DNA of 64,000 nucleotides from an uncultured bacterium (GTDB lineage Bacteria; Babelota; Babeliae; Babelales; Babelaceae): NCBI GenBank assembly GCA_963819815.1, contig CAWFXL010000001.1, positions 896,001 to 960,000 of the forward strand, read 5' to 3'. Shown piece by piece: positions 20,151 to 30,030 of this stretch (position 1 is its first letter; each line of letters starts with the position of its first letter). The notes under the pieces were generated by a model. It saw only the letters and a program-made list of their open reading frames with translations, ran no database searches and was not told where the DNA came from. The position numbers and the translations under genes were made by a program.

Positions 20151-20903
20151 TTATGAAGCTGAGCGAAAGTAGGAACGCAAAACCCCTATCCCCAAGGCAA
20201 TTGCTTGCTTTGAGCGCAATACCGTTGGAGTTAACGCACAAAAGACAAACCCCAAATTTTTAAGATGTTGTTTCTCCTCCTGAGTGAGATCTCCCTCAGG
20301 ACCGACACATCCTATAAATGAACCTGGATTGCCAAGCTGTGTAAGAACTTCCTTGAGATCCATACCCTCAGCATCGAAGAAGATTCGCACAGAATTACCA
20401 GTCGATGTCAGCTCCTTGATATCTTTTACCGGATAGATGGTGGGCACAACGAACTGCTTAGATTGCTCAGCAGCTGCTCTCATGACTGCCCGAGCACGGA
20501 TATATTCTTTTTCTGAGCCCCATGACCGCGCTGTCTTTGAAGTATAAAGAGGCTGAATACCCGTAGCACCCATTTCGGTGAGGCTATAGAGTGCTTCTTC
20601 AAACGCTTCGCGCTTAAGAAGTGGCAACAGCCATTCAATGGGAGGATGTACTGGTTTATGAGGAGCTTTAGATCCAAGCTCAAGTATGACGCGCTTCGAT
20701 GAAATCTCTTTAATGGTACAAAGGATATGATACTGGTCATCAAAAAGAATACAGCGATCCCCAGCTTTAAGTCGAAGGATAGTCTGCATTCGATGAAGTA
20801 ACGAATGGTCGGTAACAACTTTACCCGAACTCTCAATGGCCTCTAGAGAAGGTACAGATAGGGCAAAGCAATGATGCTCACTCATAGGCTCAGGTTTGCT
20901 CAT
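20151..20903 (-). CDS. rsmE: 16S rRNA m3U1498 methyltransferase
   Basis: ILRLKAGD, LTEMGA, AAEQS, VGPEGDL and VLRS motifs. The start is uncertain; 20903 was chosen. Confidence 0.9.
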   Translation of the reverse strand: MSKPEPMSEHHCFALSVPSLEAIESSGKVVTDHSLLHRMQTILRLKAGDRCILFDDQYHILCTIKEISSKRVILELGSKAPHKPVHPPIEWLLPLLKREAFEEALYSLTEMGATGIQPLYTSKTARSWGSEKEYIRARAVMRAAAEQSKQFVVPTIYPVKDIKELTSTGNSVRIFFDAEGMDLKEVLTQLGNPGSFIGCVGPEGDLTQEEKQHLKNLGFVFCALTPTVLRSKQAIALGIGVLRSYFRSAS

Positions 20904-21267
20904 GATCAGAGGTAGTATCGGACGGCTTTTTTTGACAATCGCCAAAAACCTTTTGAGAGACCCAGTTTTTCGCATCATTCAGTGCATAGAAAAGAGCGAT
21001 ACCCCATTTGGTGGCCCATACCTTTAAACCTGATGGCGGCTTCACTTCTGGGGTTGGTATGTCGCAGTCTTTACATAACTCTAATACTTCCCCGACATAT
21101 TCAGTCTCACAAATACCCTCTACGTTAATGTAGCATTTAAGTGTCTGATCATATTCACCCGGAGCTTTTTCAGAAACATATCCTTCAGGAGCATCTGCTC
21201 GCAGAGAACATAAGGTAAGGAAGCTTATAAGAAGAACGTGTCTTACATTACAAAATAGTTGGTTCAT
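20890..21267 (-). CDS. Hypothetical exported or membrane protein
   Basis: Signal peptide (SLRA), several Cys residues, overlaps the rsmE start. Confidence 0.6.
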   Translation of the reverse strand: MNQLFCNVRHVLLISFLTLCSLRADAPEGYVSEKAPGEYDQTLKCYINVEGICETEYVGEVLELCKDCDIPTPEVKPPSGLKVWATKWGIALFYALNDAKNWVSQKVFGDCQKKPSDTTSDHEQT

Positions 21268-21540
21268 ATTTTTTCCACTTAGGTGCGGCAGATTACTTAA
21301 TGCGTTCAGTATAACCAAGTATACCCCGTAATTCATAAAGTACAAAAAGGCCCTCCATCCTCATGGAGGCATCTCAAAGCAGACTATGACATGAGCGTCC
21401 TAGTTCAGCAAAAAGATGCTCACCCATCGTATGTATAAAAACCTCAAACTCCTTGCAATCAGTCCGAAAATACACCCATCAAACTCTGGTGAGTTGCTTC
21501 AGGCTTGTGCTAGACTCTCTAAAACTATCATAGGAAGATT

Positions 21541-23073
21541 ATGCTAAAGGCACCACACGTACTTATCATACTCGACGGATTTGGGTACCGGGCCGCAACC
21601 GATGATAACGCCATTGCACAAGCTCACCCAGTCAACATTAATGAATGGATGCAAACGTACCCCTATACTACCCTTTCCGCGTCAGGCATTTTTGTGGGGC
21701 TCCTTCCCCATATGATCGGCAATTCAGAGGTGGGGCATCTCGCCATCGGAAGTGGCAGACGTGTCATGCAGCCGGTCGCTGAGATTACTCACCAAATCGA
21801 TACCGGCACCTTCTTCACCGATAAAGTTCTTGATAAATGTTTTAATGAACTGGTCGGAACGCCAAAGAGACTGCATATCATGGGACTCCTCTCAGATGCA
21901 GGGGTGCACAGTCATATTTACCATCTTAAAGCGCTTATTAAGCTCGCTCATGAAAAGAACATCGAACAGCTTATTATCCATCCTTTTCTTGATGGGCGGG
22001 ACGTCCCTCCAAAAACCGCTGCTACGTATCTTACGCAACTTGAAGAAGCGCTTTCCTCAGACGGAATTATAGGAACCCTGCACGGAAGATTCTATGCAAT
22101 GGATAGGGACAATAACTGGGACCGCACAAAAGAAAGCTACCGAGTCCTTACTCAGTCACAGAAACCACAGGCTACCCATTGGCGCGAAGCTCTTGAGAAG
22201 TCTTATGAAGCAGGTATAACTGACGAGTTTTTCAAACCGATCGCACTTCATGAGTCAGCAGAAATCAGGCGCCAAGATGCGGTCGTCTTTTTTAATTTTC
22301 GAGCAGATAGAGCTCGACAGCTTACGCGAGCACTCATAAAGTATGACTTCTCAGCATTCCATAGCTGGCCCCTTGATCTTTCTTGGATGCTTACCTTTAC
22401 CTCCTATCAGGAAGACTTTCCGGTTGACGTGCTTCTTCGAAAAAAAATGGTACAGAATACCTTGTTTGATGTTCTTGAAAAGAACCAATTTCCTCTTTTT
22501 AGCATCGCTGAAACGGAAAAGTATGCGCATATTACCTACTTTTTTAATGGAGGACGTGAAGTTATTCGGCAGCATGAAACAAGGATCCTCATACCATCAA
22601 AGCGGCACCATGAGACCTATGCCTCAGTACCTTGCATGTCAGCTCCTGAAATCACCGATACCGTACTCGCAGCTCTTAAGCAAAACAATCACAAATTCTA
22701 CCTGATAAACTTTGCAAATGCTGATATGGTAGGCCATAGCGGTGATTTTGACGCAACGGTCAAAGCCATCCAATGCCTCGACATCGAGTTGGAACGCCTC
22801 TATAACAAGATAGTTAAAGAACTTAAAGGAACGTTATATATCACTGCAGATCACGGAAAAGCTGAAGAAATGTGGGATTCAGAAGTCGGGCAACCAAGGA
22901 CTGCTCATACGACCAATCCAGTACCCTTTATCTATATTACTCCTGAGAATAAGGGATTAGATACCCCCTTGCCCCTTACTGAGCTTGCAGATATTGCACC
23001 CTTTCTCCTTAGAAACCTCGGTCTTGCGGTCCCTTCAGAGATGGAACACGCAAAGAGTGTTATCAAGGAATGA
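21541..23073 (+). CDS. gpmI: 2,3-bisphosphoglycerate-independent phosphoglycerate mutase
   Basis: ILDGFG, GNSEVGH, GRFYAMDRD, AETEKYAH, NADMVGH and TADHG motifs. Confidence 0.97.
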   Translation: MLKAPHVLIILDGFGYRAATDDNAIAQAHPVNINEWMQTYPYTTLSASGIFVGLLPHMIGNSEVGHLAIGSGRRVMQPVAEITHQIDTGTFFTDKVLDKCFNELVGTPKRLHIMGLLSDAGVHSHIYHLKALIKLAHEKNIEQLIIHPFLDGRDVPPKTAATYLTQLEEALSSDGIIGTLHGRFYAMDRDNNWDRTKESYRVLTQSQKPQATHWREALEKSYEAGITDEFFKPIALHESAEIRRQDAVVFFNFRADRARQLTRALIKYDFSAFHSWPLDLSWMLTFTSYQEDFPVDVLLRKKMVQNTLFDVLEKNQFPLFSIAETEKYAHITYFFNGGREVIRQHETRILIPSKRHHETYASVPCMSAPEITDTVLAALKQNNHKFYLINFANADMVGHSGDFDATVKAIQCLDIELERLYNKIVKELKGTLYITADHGKAEEMWDSEVGQPRTAHTTNPVPFIYITPENKGLDTPLPLTELADIAPFLLRNLGLAVPSEMEHAKSVIKE

Positions 23074-23605
23074 TTTCATAGATAAGAAATGCCCCATCAG
23101 TCCAGATCTCCTTAAATCCAAGGCTCTCATAGAGCTTGCGAGCTTTTGTATTATCAACACGTGTAAACATGCGGATAACAAGCATTCCCTGCGATTTTAA
23201 AGACTGGATATCAAACTTCATGAGTTGCCGAGCGTACCCTTTACCCCGATAGTGATCATCTACGCAAAGAAATAGAATCCGGCCTACTTTGAGGGGATCT
23301 TGGAAAAAGGCGGTGAACCCAGCGGGCTTACCCTCAACCACATAGGTATAGATCTGCAATTTACCAGCGTTACTCATATCCTTTGGATTGGGAACTTTGG
23401 AATCAAGCATTGTCTCAACATCAAAATGAGGGTCAGCAAATAACATGTAGTTATTCTTCTTGCAAAGATCGATTATGAATGCCCTATCTCGGGCTGCATT
23501 ATAGGGCAAAATAGGGGAACTTGTTTTCGTATAATACCAATAGGCCCCTCCAGCCACAAGGACCATGGCTGCAATTATAAAAAGAGCGCGTATACGGGTC
23601 ACCAT
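23063..23605 (-). CDS. GNAT N-acetyltransferase with N-terminal membrane anchor
   Basis: VDDHYRGKGYA (motif A) and NTKARKLYESLGF (motif B). Confidence 0.88.
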   Translation of the reverse strand: MVTRIRALFIIAAMVLVAGGAYWYYTKTSSPILPYNAARDRAFIIDLCKKNNYMLFADPHFDVETMLDSKVPNPKDMSNAGKLQIYTYVVEGKPAGFTAFFQDPLKVGRILFLCVDDHYRGKGYARQLMKFDIQSLKSQGMLVIRMFTRVDNTKARKLYESLGFKEIWTDGAFLIYEIIP

Positions 23606-23711
23606 ACTATACCTCCACGTAAAAATTCTATCTTAGATGAGATTACCCCTTTAATCAAATATTGTCAAATGGAATTATTTAGGAAAGGGGATTGGTTGCT
23701 TATGTGCAACT

Positions 23712-25169
23712 CTAGGCGGCTGCAGTCTTGGGAGTACCGTTGGCATCATCTTTTTGTGGTGCCCTGCTTTTCAGCCAAAGTGCAAGGCCACAGACAGAAA
23801 TACCCACAACAAACGGCATAAAATACCGATCATTATTCTTCTTAACGTCCGTCACCAAAGGGGCTACAGGAGGAGTTGGTTTATTCATAGACTTTGCCTC
23901 ACATTTTGCAGTAAATGCCGTGAAATTTTTCGGCCATACAAGATCCTGATACTCCGTCTGTTTTCTCACAAAGAAATCACGCAGATCTTTAGGCAGAGCG
24001 CTCACATCTACAAGTACGCTGACTGCATCTATCTTTTTACACAGCTGGTCCTTTTGGCCATCTCCTGCAATAAGATAGGCTTTTACCAGCTCTTCAAGCA
24101 GCAATCCTTTTGAAACAAGCGGACTTGTGATTACCGCATTAAAAGTTTTTATATCAGGCGCTTCAAGAGCACGCCCAAGATGCACTCCCCGCTCAATTAC
24201 ATCATCAATATAGCTCACCAATAGTGCAACATCATCTTGTGGTGCTAAAGGAGCATTTGAAGAATTTAAGAGATACATGGTAACGCGTCCGGGCTGCACT
24301 TTTAGGACCGATAGAAGCACCCAATGGGCTCCACCAACATTATAAACGATATGAACTTTATCGAGCAATGCAATTTTTTTCTCAAGCTCACCATTGCGCT
24401 CTTTATGCGTTCCCTTCTTAAGCTGCTTGTGCAAATCCTCCACCGCACGCTTATCAAGGTATTCAATGTTCCCCTCATCCTCAAAATTTAGTCGAGTCGA
24501 TGCCCTAGCAAGTCTTTCTTGGCCTGCATTAAGTATATTTCCTGTAAGTTCTTCCATCACTGGTCTCACTATCTCAATGTTTGCTTCAGCCAATCTTCGA
24601 GTTTCAGCAAAGGTTATCTGCCGTCCAGTAGCCATCTGAGTTTCAAGCGCCTTGGCATTGGCAAGTGCCGCAAATCCACAAATATTCTCTATCTGATTAA
24701 ATGAAAGAAGATGAACAAAAGGATTCTTAAGGGGTAATGAACTCATCAAAGAGCCGTTATTAAGGCGGCAATACATAGGTCCCAGTAGAGGATCCGCATT
24801 CATTAAATTAAGATCATGAGGATTCTTAATAGCTCGATAATACCAGAAGTCATCTCCCCTATAGTAAAAAGAGGATGCTCTACTTTGTAGTAGCTGCACA
24901 TACTCCGCCTCGGTCTGACTTTTTCTCTCAACAAAGGTTACAGGATCTCTTCCGCATAACTGGTTTCCAGTTATGCTGGTGTTTAATCGATCAACTATTT
25001 TTTTAACTTCAACAAATTCCCGATATGCAGGACTGTTTCGATCAACGAAGTTTTCGATCGCAAGAGGTACCGAAGATGCTTGACTCGGCTGCGCCCAAGC
25101 ACCTAGCAATAGTATGCAGGCGATTCCTCGAGCAAGTGAAAGATATGATATGTTCAATAAGTTCTTCAT
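23712..25169 (-). CDS. Exported, C-terminally anchored papain-fold (Josephin-like) cysteine protease candidate
   Basis: Signal peptide; NQIENICG (Q159, C164), AHWV (H282), YLLNS (N302); C-terminal transmembrane segment. Confidence 0.6.
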   Translation of the reverse strand: MKNLLNISYLSLARGIACILLLGAWAQPSQASSVPLAIENFVDRNSPAYREFVEVKKIVDRLNTSITGNQLCGRDPVTFVERKSQTEAEYVQLLQSRASSFYYRGDDFWYYRAIKNPHDLNLMNADPLLGPMYCRLNNGSLMSSLPLKNPFVHLLSFNQIENICGFAALANAKALETQMATGRQITFAETRRLAEANIEIVRPVMEELTGNILNAGQERLARASTRLNFEDEGNIEYLDKRAVEDLHKQLKKGTHKERNGELEKKIALLDKVHIVYNVGGAHWVLLSVLKVQPGRVTMYLLNSSNAPLAPQDDVALLVSYIDDVIERGVHLGRALEAPDIKTFNAVITSPLVSKGLLLEELVKAYLIAGDGQKDQLCKKIDAVSVLVDVSALPKDLRDFFVRKQTEYQDLVWPKNFTAFTAKCEAKSMNKPTPPVAPLVTDVKKNNDRYFMPFVVGISVCGLALWLKSRAPQKDDANGTPKTAAA

Positions 25170-25235
25170 ACCTCTATTCTACCAGATCAAGTAAGGATAT
25201 ACAAAAGCTTCGAGGCCTCGGCATTCCCAGCCACC

Positions 25236-26936
25236 TTATGCGCTTGGGGCAGCAATATCATGGTACTTGCTATATTTTGGATCCCAATAATAGGTTTTAA
25301 ATGCCCAGGCACCAAGTCCCACTATTCCCGTCAATGCAAGCACTTTCCCAATCTGCAATCCATCTTTGTGCTTCAGAATTTGTGGGTTCTGACCTGAAGG
25401 TAGCGGGCCATTCTGGTTTCCAGTTGATGCTGGTTTGGTGGGAGAATTAACTCCACTACCTTGGGTTCCACCGGTAGCTCCTGAAGTCGGTAATGCAGGA
25501 CTTACTGAGTTATCTATAGGAACTGGATCATCTACAGGTGCTTTCGGTACTGGTGGTCGAGAAGATGAACCAGCATTTTTATCTTTCAACGGCGGAGCTT
25601 TCGGCTGAGCGGCACCCTTACCCGGTTGCTTTTGCTGCGGTTGCTGAGGAGCTCGAGCTTCTGTGTTCGTTACATTGGTCGCTCCAGATGCTTGAGGAGC
25701 TGCCCCTACTGCTTGTTCTTTTAGAGCATTTCTTTCTTTAATTTCTCTTGTAATAGCCTCCATAGGAGTATCTTGAGAAGGAGCCTTTTCAGACAACTTT
25801 CTATTTCCAGCGGGACGCAAATTTGCACCTGCTCCTTCCTTAATTGCTTTTGTAATAGCATCTGTAGGAGATCCTTGAGAAACATTTTCATTATGAGGAA
25901 CCTTTTCAGCTAGCTTTCTATCTTTTGCAGAACGCAAGGCTGCACCTGCCTGAATGGAAGCTAGTAGCTGAGAGCGATCTTCTGGAGATGCTTGTGCGGC
26001 AGGCTTCACTACAGGTCTTGAAGGTTGTGGTGGGGGTGGGGGTGCATTCTGGACAACTGGTGCGGCTGCATTCGTGTTTTGCTGAGGTTGGCTATCATCA
26101 CCATCGTCATCATCCTCATTTGCAGAAATAGGCCGGGCACCTTGACTCGGTGTTGCAGTTGTTCGTGAATTTCCCAATGGGCGACCCGTATTTGATACAG
26201 CTCTACCAGTATCTTGAGGACTCGTTGGCGGGGCAGCATTTCTTTGCTCACCTTGACCAACCAAATTTTTGATACGACCAAATAGTGCGCCAAGCATACT
26301 TGATTCACTCAGTGCATCAGCCCCATTCGACACTCTTGGCTCTTGTGTTCCTGCTTGTCGTTCTCCGGTAGGACGCAAAGTTCTCCCATTTCTAACCTCA
26401 GAGAGCAAGTTCGAAGTAGCAGGTTTTGGAACGGCTATTTGTTCTTGTGGCGTCGAGGTCGTACTAGAAGTTGTATGAACAGAATCTGGCTGAACCACAC
26501 ATTTGTTTAAAAGAACGACCAAGGAACAATAACCCTCAGCTTCACAATCTTTGAACTCAAGCTTATTAGCAGTAGTTCTATCCACTGCTGGATGAGGATT
26601 CGCTGAAAATTTTTCATGTATGAAAGCACAGACCAGGCCGATTTTTTTCAGTGCTTCATGTAGGTTATGGTATCCTTTGTTTCTCTCTAACTCTTCTACT
26701 AATCGCAATAAGTATCGAGGTAGATCCATAACCGCAATCGTTTTTAATTTAGCTGTAAGATCTTCCCGAGAAAGATCCAATTGCATCACTGCATTGCTAC
26801 CAGACATAGCTTTATTTATTGCTGCCAATTCTTTCTTAAGATGCTCATTATTTTCTTGTGAACTGCTAGCACCATACAGTGGACATCCTATTGCCAGGAT
26901 GACTATTCCAAGATTCAGTGTATACACAAATTTCAT
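25236..26936 (-). CDS. Exported, C-terminally anchored protein with tandem WH2 actin-binding motifs and polyproline
   Basis: SNLLSEVRNGRTLRPT, DRSQLLASIQAGAALRSA, two weaker repeats, APPPPPQP, signal peptide and C-terminal transmembrane segment. Confidence 0.72.
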   Translation of the reverse strand: MKFVYTLNLGIVILAIGCPLYGASSSQENNEHLKKELAAINKAMSGSNAVMQLDLSREDLTAKLKTIAVMDLPRYLLRLVEELERNKGYHNLHEALKKIGLVCAFIHEKFSANPHPAVDRTTANKLEFKDCEAEGYCSLVVLLNKCVVQPDSVHTTSSTTSTPQEQIAVPKPATSNLLSEVRNGRTLRPTGERQAGTQEPRVSNGADALSESSMLGALFGRIKNLVGQGEQRNAAPPTSPQDTGRAVSNTGRPLGNSRTTATPSQGARPISANEDDDDGDDSQPQQNTNAAAPVVQNAPPPPPQPSRPVVKPAAQASPEDRSQLLASIQAGAALRSAKDRKLAEKVPHNENVSQGSPTDAITKAIKEGAGANLRPAGNRKLSEKAPSQDTPMEAITREIKERNALKEQAVGAAPQASGATNVTNTEARAPQQPQQKQPGKGAAQPKAPPLKDKNAGSSSRPPVPKAPVDDPVPIDNSVSPALPTSGATGGTQGSGVNSPTKPASTGNQNGPLPSGQNPQILKHKDGLQIGKVLALTGIVGLGAWAFKTYYWDPKYSKYHDIAAPSA

Positions 26937-27195
26937 GGTAAATCCTCCGCAAGGAGCTTATATATTCGTTACTATAGGATTTAGTGTAGCAGATGGGTAC
27001 CAAAAATCTACCGCCCCGCTTCTATAGAACTTATCTTAGAGAAGACTAATCATTGATCCCTCACAATGAGGTTTTTTATCACATAACCGCAATACACAAT
27101 CGTCAAACAAATGATCTCATGAGTATATACGACTATATTCTAAAGGTTCGCAAATTCTTAAAAAAAAAGATGAAAATGAGGCAAAGATATCGGTT

Positions 27196-27954
27196 CTACT
27201 TCCCTTTTTCATGGTACCTAATACTATGAAGCAGAAGACCTTTTGCCGGCGCAACAAAAAGGGTATGACAAGGATCTTTACCCTCAAGAGTCTGAGAAAG
27301 ACAAGCTAAAGCTTCTTCCTTTGATCTACGAGAAGATGACACTTCAAAACATGCCCCTACAATGCGTCGTATCATATGGCGAAGAAAAGAAGGACCTTGT
27401 ATACGTATCTGGTAGACGCCATAACGCTTGTAGAAATGAAGCTCAAGAGAGTTGATTGTACGTTCAGTCGTTCTTCCCTGGTCGCCGGTACAAAATGAAC
27501 GGAAGTCATGTTTCCCTTTAAAGACTTGTAAGCATTCTTCTAAGAGCCTAAGGTCAAGATGCTTTACGACTAAGCCATACGAGCTCAAAAAAGGCACTGG
27601 CTGCTGAACAAAAAAGTGATAGTAATAGGTCTTCTCTTGTACGCCAACCCGTGGATGAAATTCTTCTTGAACTTCCTCAACCGACCGGATCATAATCTCG
27701 GGAGGCAATATTCTATTGACGATCACCTTGAAACGCTCTGCTGATATATCAAGAACAAGCTGACAACGTGCTACTTGTCCAAGCGCATGAACACCCACAT
27801 CCGTACGAGAAGCCCCTGTGAAAGGCACTTCCATCTTAAAGAGTTTTGTAAGACGTTTTTTTAAAAGACCTTCAATGGTTGGTAACCCAGGCTGCTCTTG
27901 CCATCCATAATAGCCTCTACCATCATAGGCTAGCGTTACTTTAAAGGTCTTCAT
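27196..27954 (-). CDS. truA: tRNA pseudouridine(38-40) synthase
   Basis: AYDG..YYGWQ, ASRTDVGVHALGQ, GKHDFRSF, FLRHMIR and APAKGLLL motifs. Confidence 0.96.
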   Translation of the reverse strand: MKTFKVTLAYDGRGYYGWQEQPGLPTIEGLLKKRLTKLFKMEVPFTGASRTDVGVHALGQVARCQLVLDISAERFKVIVNRILPPEIMIRSVEEVQEEFHPRVGVQEKTYYYHFFVQQPVPFLSSYGLVVKHLDLRLLEECLQVFKGKHDFRSFCTGDQGRTTERTINSLELHFYKRYGVYQIRIQGPSFLRHMIRRIVGACFEVSSSRRSKEEALACLSQTLEGKDPCHTLFVAPAKGLLLHSIRYHEKGK

Positions 27955-27983
27955 AAAGTATAGTAGTTGAGGTTGCTTTCGGA

Positions 27984-29783
27984 CTATTTGCGCATAGATG
28001 CCCGTAGGACTTTCTTCCGAAGACGAATATGTAGAGGAGTTATCTCAATGAGCTCATCAGGCTGGATCCATTCCATGCAAGTTTCTAGATCCATAGCACG
28101 CGGTGGCTCAAGACGAATCGCATCGTCACTTCCTGATGCACGCATATTGGTTAGCTTCTTGCCTTTTGTCGGATTCACATCAAGATCGTTTGATCGACTA
28201 TGTTCACCAATTATCATACCTTCATATACCTTTTCACCGGGACCAACAAACAGGATACCACGTGGCTGTAAGGCATCAAGCGCGTACCCGGTCGTTGCAC
28301 CCGTTTCCATTGAAACCAAGGCACCCTTCGTGCGAGTGATTATATCACCTTTATAGGGCTGATAGCCATGGAAGCTAAAGGTTGCAATTCCCATACCACG
28401 CGTATCGGTTAAAAACTGGCTTCTAAATCCAAGGAGTCCACGTGAAGGTACTTCAAACTCTATTCGAACACGTTCACCATAGTGGACCATATTCTTCATC
28501 TCAGCTTTCTTTTTACCAAGATGCTCCATAACGATACCTTGCATATCGGTAGGAACATCAACTACCAGATATTCAATCGGCTCATACTTCGCACCATCAA
28601 TTTTCTTGTAGATGACCTCAGGAGCAGATACTTGCACCTCAAATCCTTCACGACGCATCGTCTCAAGGAGAATTCCTAAGTGTAACTGTCCTCTTCCTGA
28701 GACCTTAAATACATCAGCTGATTCAGTCGGTTCAACGCGAAGCGCTACGTTAGTTTTTAATTCTTTTTCAAGACGATCTTTTATTTGTCGGGAAGTAAGC
28801 AACTTACCATCCTGACCATTAAAGGGCGAGTCATTCACCGAAATATACATCGATAAAGTAGGTTCATCAACCGTTATATAGGGAAGTGGCTCAGGATGAT
28901 TAAGCTCACAGAGAGTCGTTCCAATCGTAAGTGGTTCAGTGAATCCCGTCAGGGCAATAATATCACCAAACTTAGCCTCATTCGCTTCTATTCGCTCGAG
29001 ACCCCTAAACATATAAATTTTTGTTATCTTGGTTGGCTTACTGACCAGGTCATCTTTACACGGAATAACCTGTTGCCCGACCTTAATTTCTCCGGAGAAC
29101 ACCCTGCCAATAGCTATAGGTCCAAGAAAATCAGAATGATCAAGACTAGTCGTTAAAAATTGCAGATGATCACTCTTAGATACTGGTGCAGGAATTGAGT
29201 TAATAATGGCATCGAAAAGTGGCTTCATCGTGATATCATGAGGACCTGTAGGACTTGTGCTTATAAAACCTTGCTTACCAGATCCATAGAGCATCGGAAA
29301 TACAAGCTGGTCTGAATGTTGTGCAAGATCTAGAAAGAGATCACTAATTAAGCCTTCAGTACGTTCAATATCAGCATCGGGGCGATCAATTTTATTGATA
29401 AGGACGATAGGACGCAAGTTCAGAGCAAGTGCTTTCATTAACACAAAACGCGTACCAGGCAAAACCCCTTCTGCTGCATCAACAAGAAGAAGAAACCCTT
29501 CAACCATTTGAAGCGTTCGTTCGACCTCTCCCCCAAAATCACTGTGACCAGGCGTATCCACGATATTAATCTCATACTCACCGTAAGTTACGCCGGTATT
29601 TTTAGCAAGAATCGTAATACCACGCTCTTTTTCAAGGGCATTACTGTCCATGACACGAGCACCCTGGGCAACGTCCAACGTTCCTGCAAAGCGCAACATT
29701 TTATCGACCAAGGTTGTTTTTCCATGGTCAACGTGAGCAATAATAGCTAAGTTTCGCACATTCGTGCGTTTTTCATTTTTCAT
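27984..29783 (-). CDS. typA: Translational GTPase TypA/BipA
   Basis: AHVDHGKTT, DTPGHSDFGGEVER, GRGQLHL and KKLTNMRASG motifs. Confidence 0.97.
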   Translation of the reverse strand: MKNEKRTNVRNLAIIAHVDHGKTTLVDKMLRFAGTLDVAQGARVMDSNALEKERGITILAKNTGVTYGEYEINIVDTPGHSDFGGEVERTLQMVEGFLLLVDAAEGVLPGTRFVLMKALALNLRPIVLINKIDRPDADIERTEGLISDLFLDLAQHSDQLVFPMLYGSGKQGFISTSPTGPHDITMKPLFDAIINSIPAPVSKSDHLQFLTTSLDHSDFLGPIAIGRVFSGEIKVGQQVIPCKDDLVSKPTKITKIYMFRGLERIEANEAKFGDIIALTGFTEPLTIGTTLCELNHPEPLPYITVDEPTLSMYISVNDSPFNGQDGKLLTSRQIKDRLEKELKTNVALRVEPTESADVFKVSGRGQLHLGILLETMRREGFEVQVSAPEVIYKKIDGAKYEPIEYLVVDVPTDMQGIVMEHLGKKKAEMKNMVHYGERVRIEFEVPSRGLLGFRSQFLTDTRGMGIATFSFHGYQPYKGDIITRTKGALVSMETGATTGYALDALQPRGILFVGPGEKVYEGMIIGEHSRSNDLDVNPTKGKKLTNMRASGSDDAIRLEPPRAMDLETCMEWIQPDELIEITPLHIRLRKKVLRASMRK

Positions 29784-30030
29784 ATCGCATATTGAATCTT
29801 AAAGGATTATAAAACAGTATTTAGAATATTCTCATTGTAACCAAATATTAGAGAAAAGTCTACTCCAGAAGGAGAAACTACAGAACTTTCATCCCATTTG
29901 CGCATAGCTTCTGAGAACCCTCACCTAGGAGCATGATTCTCGCCTCGGGGTTGATTGTCGACCAAAAATCATTCAAGGACGGTTTGAATTTTGGCCCTGA
30001 AAGGGCTCATGATCGGGTTAAAAGATCCTT

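Noticed and set aside
23712..25169. Ulp1/CE-clan protease, suggested by HWVLL
   Set aside because: The candidate catalytic Cys precedes the His, and no QxxxxxCG motif follows it.
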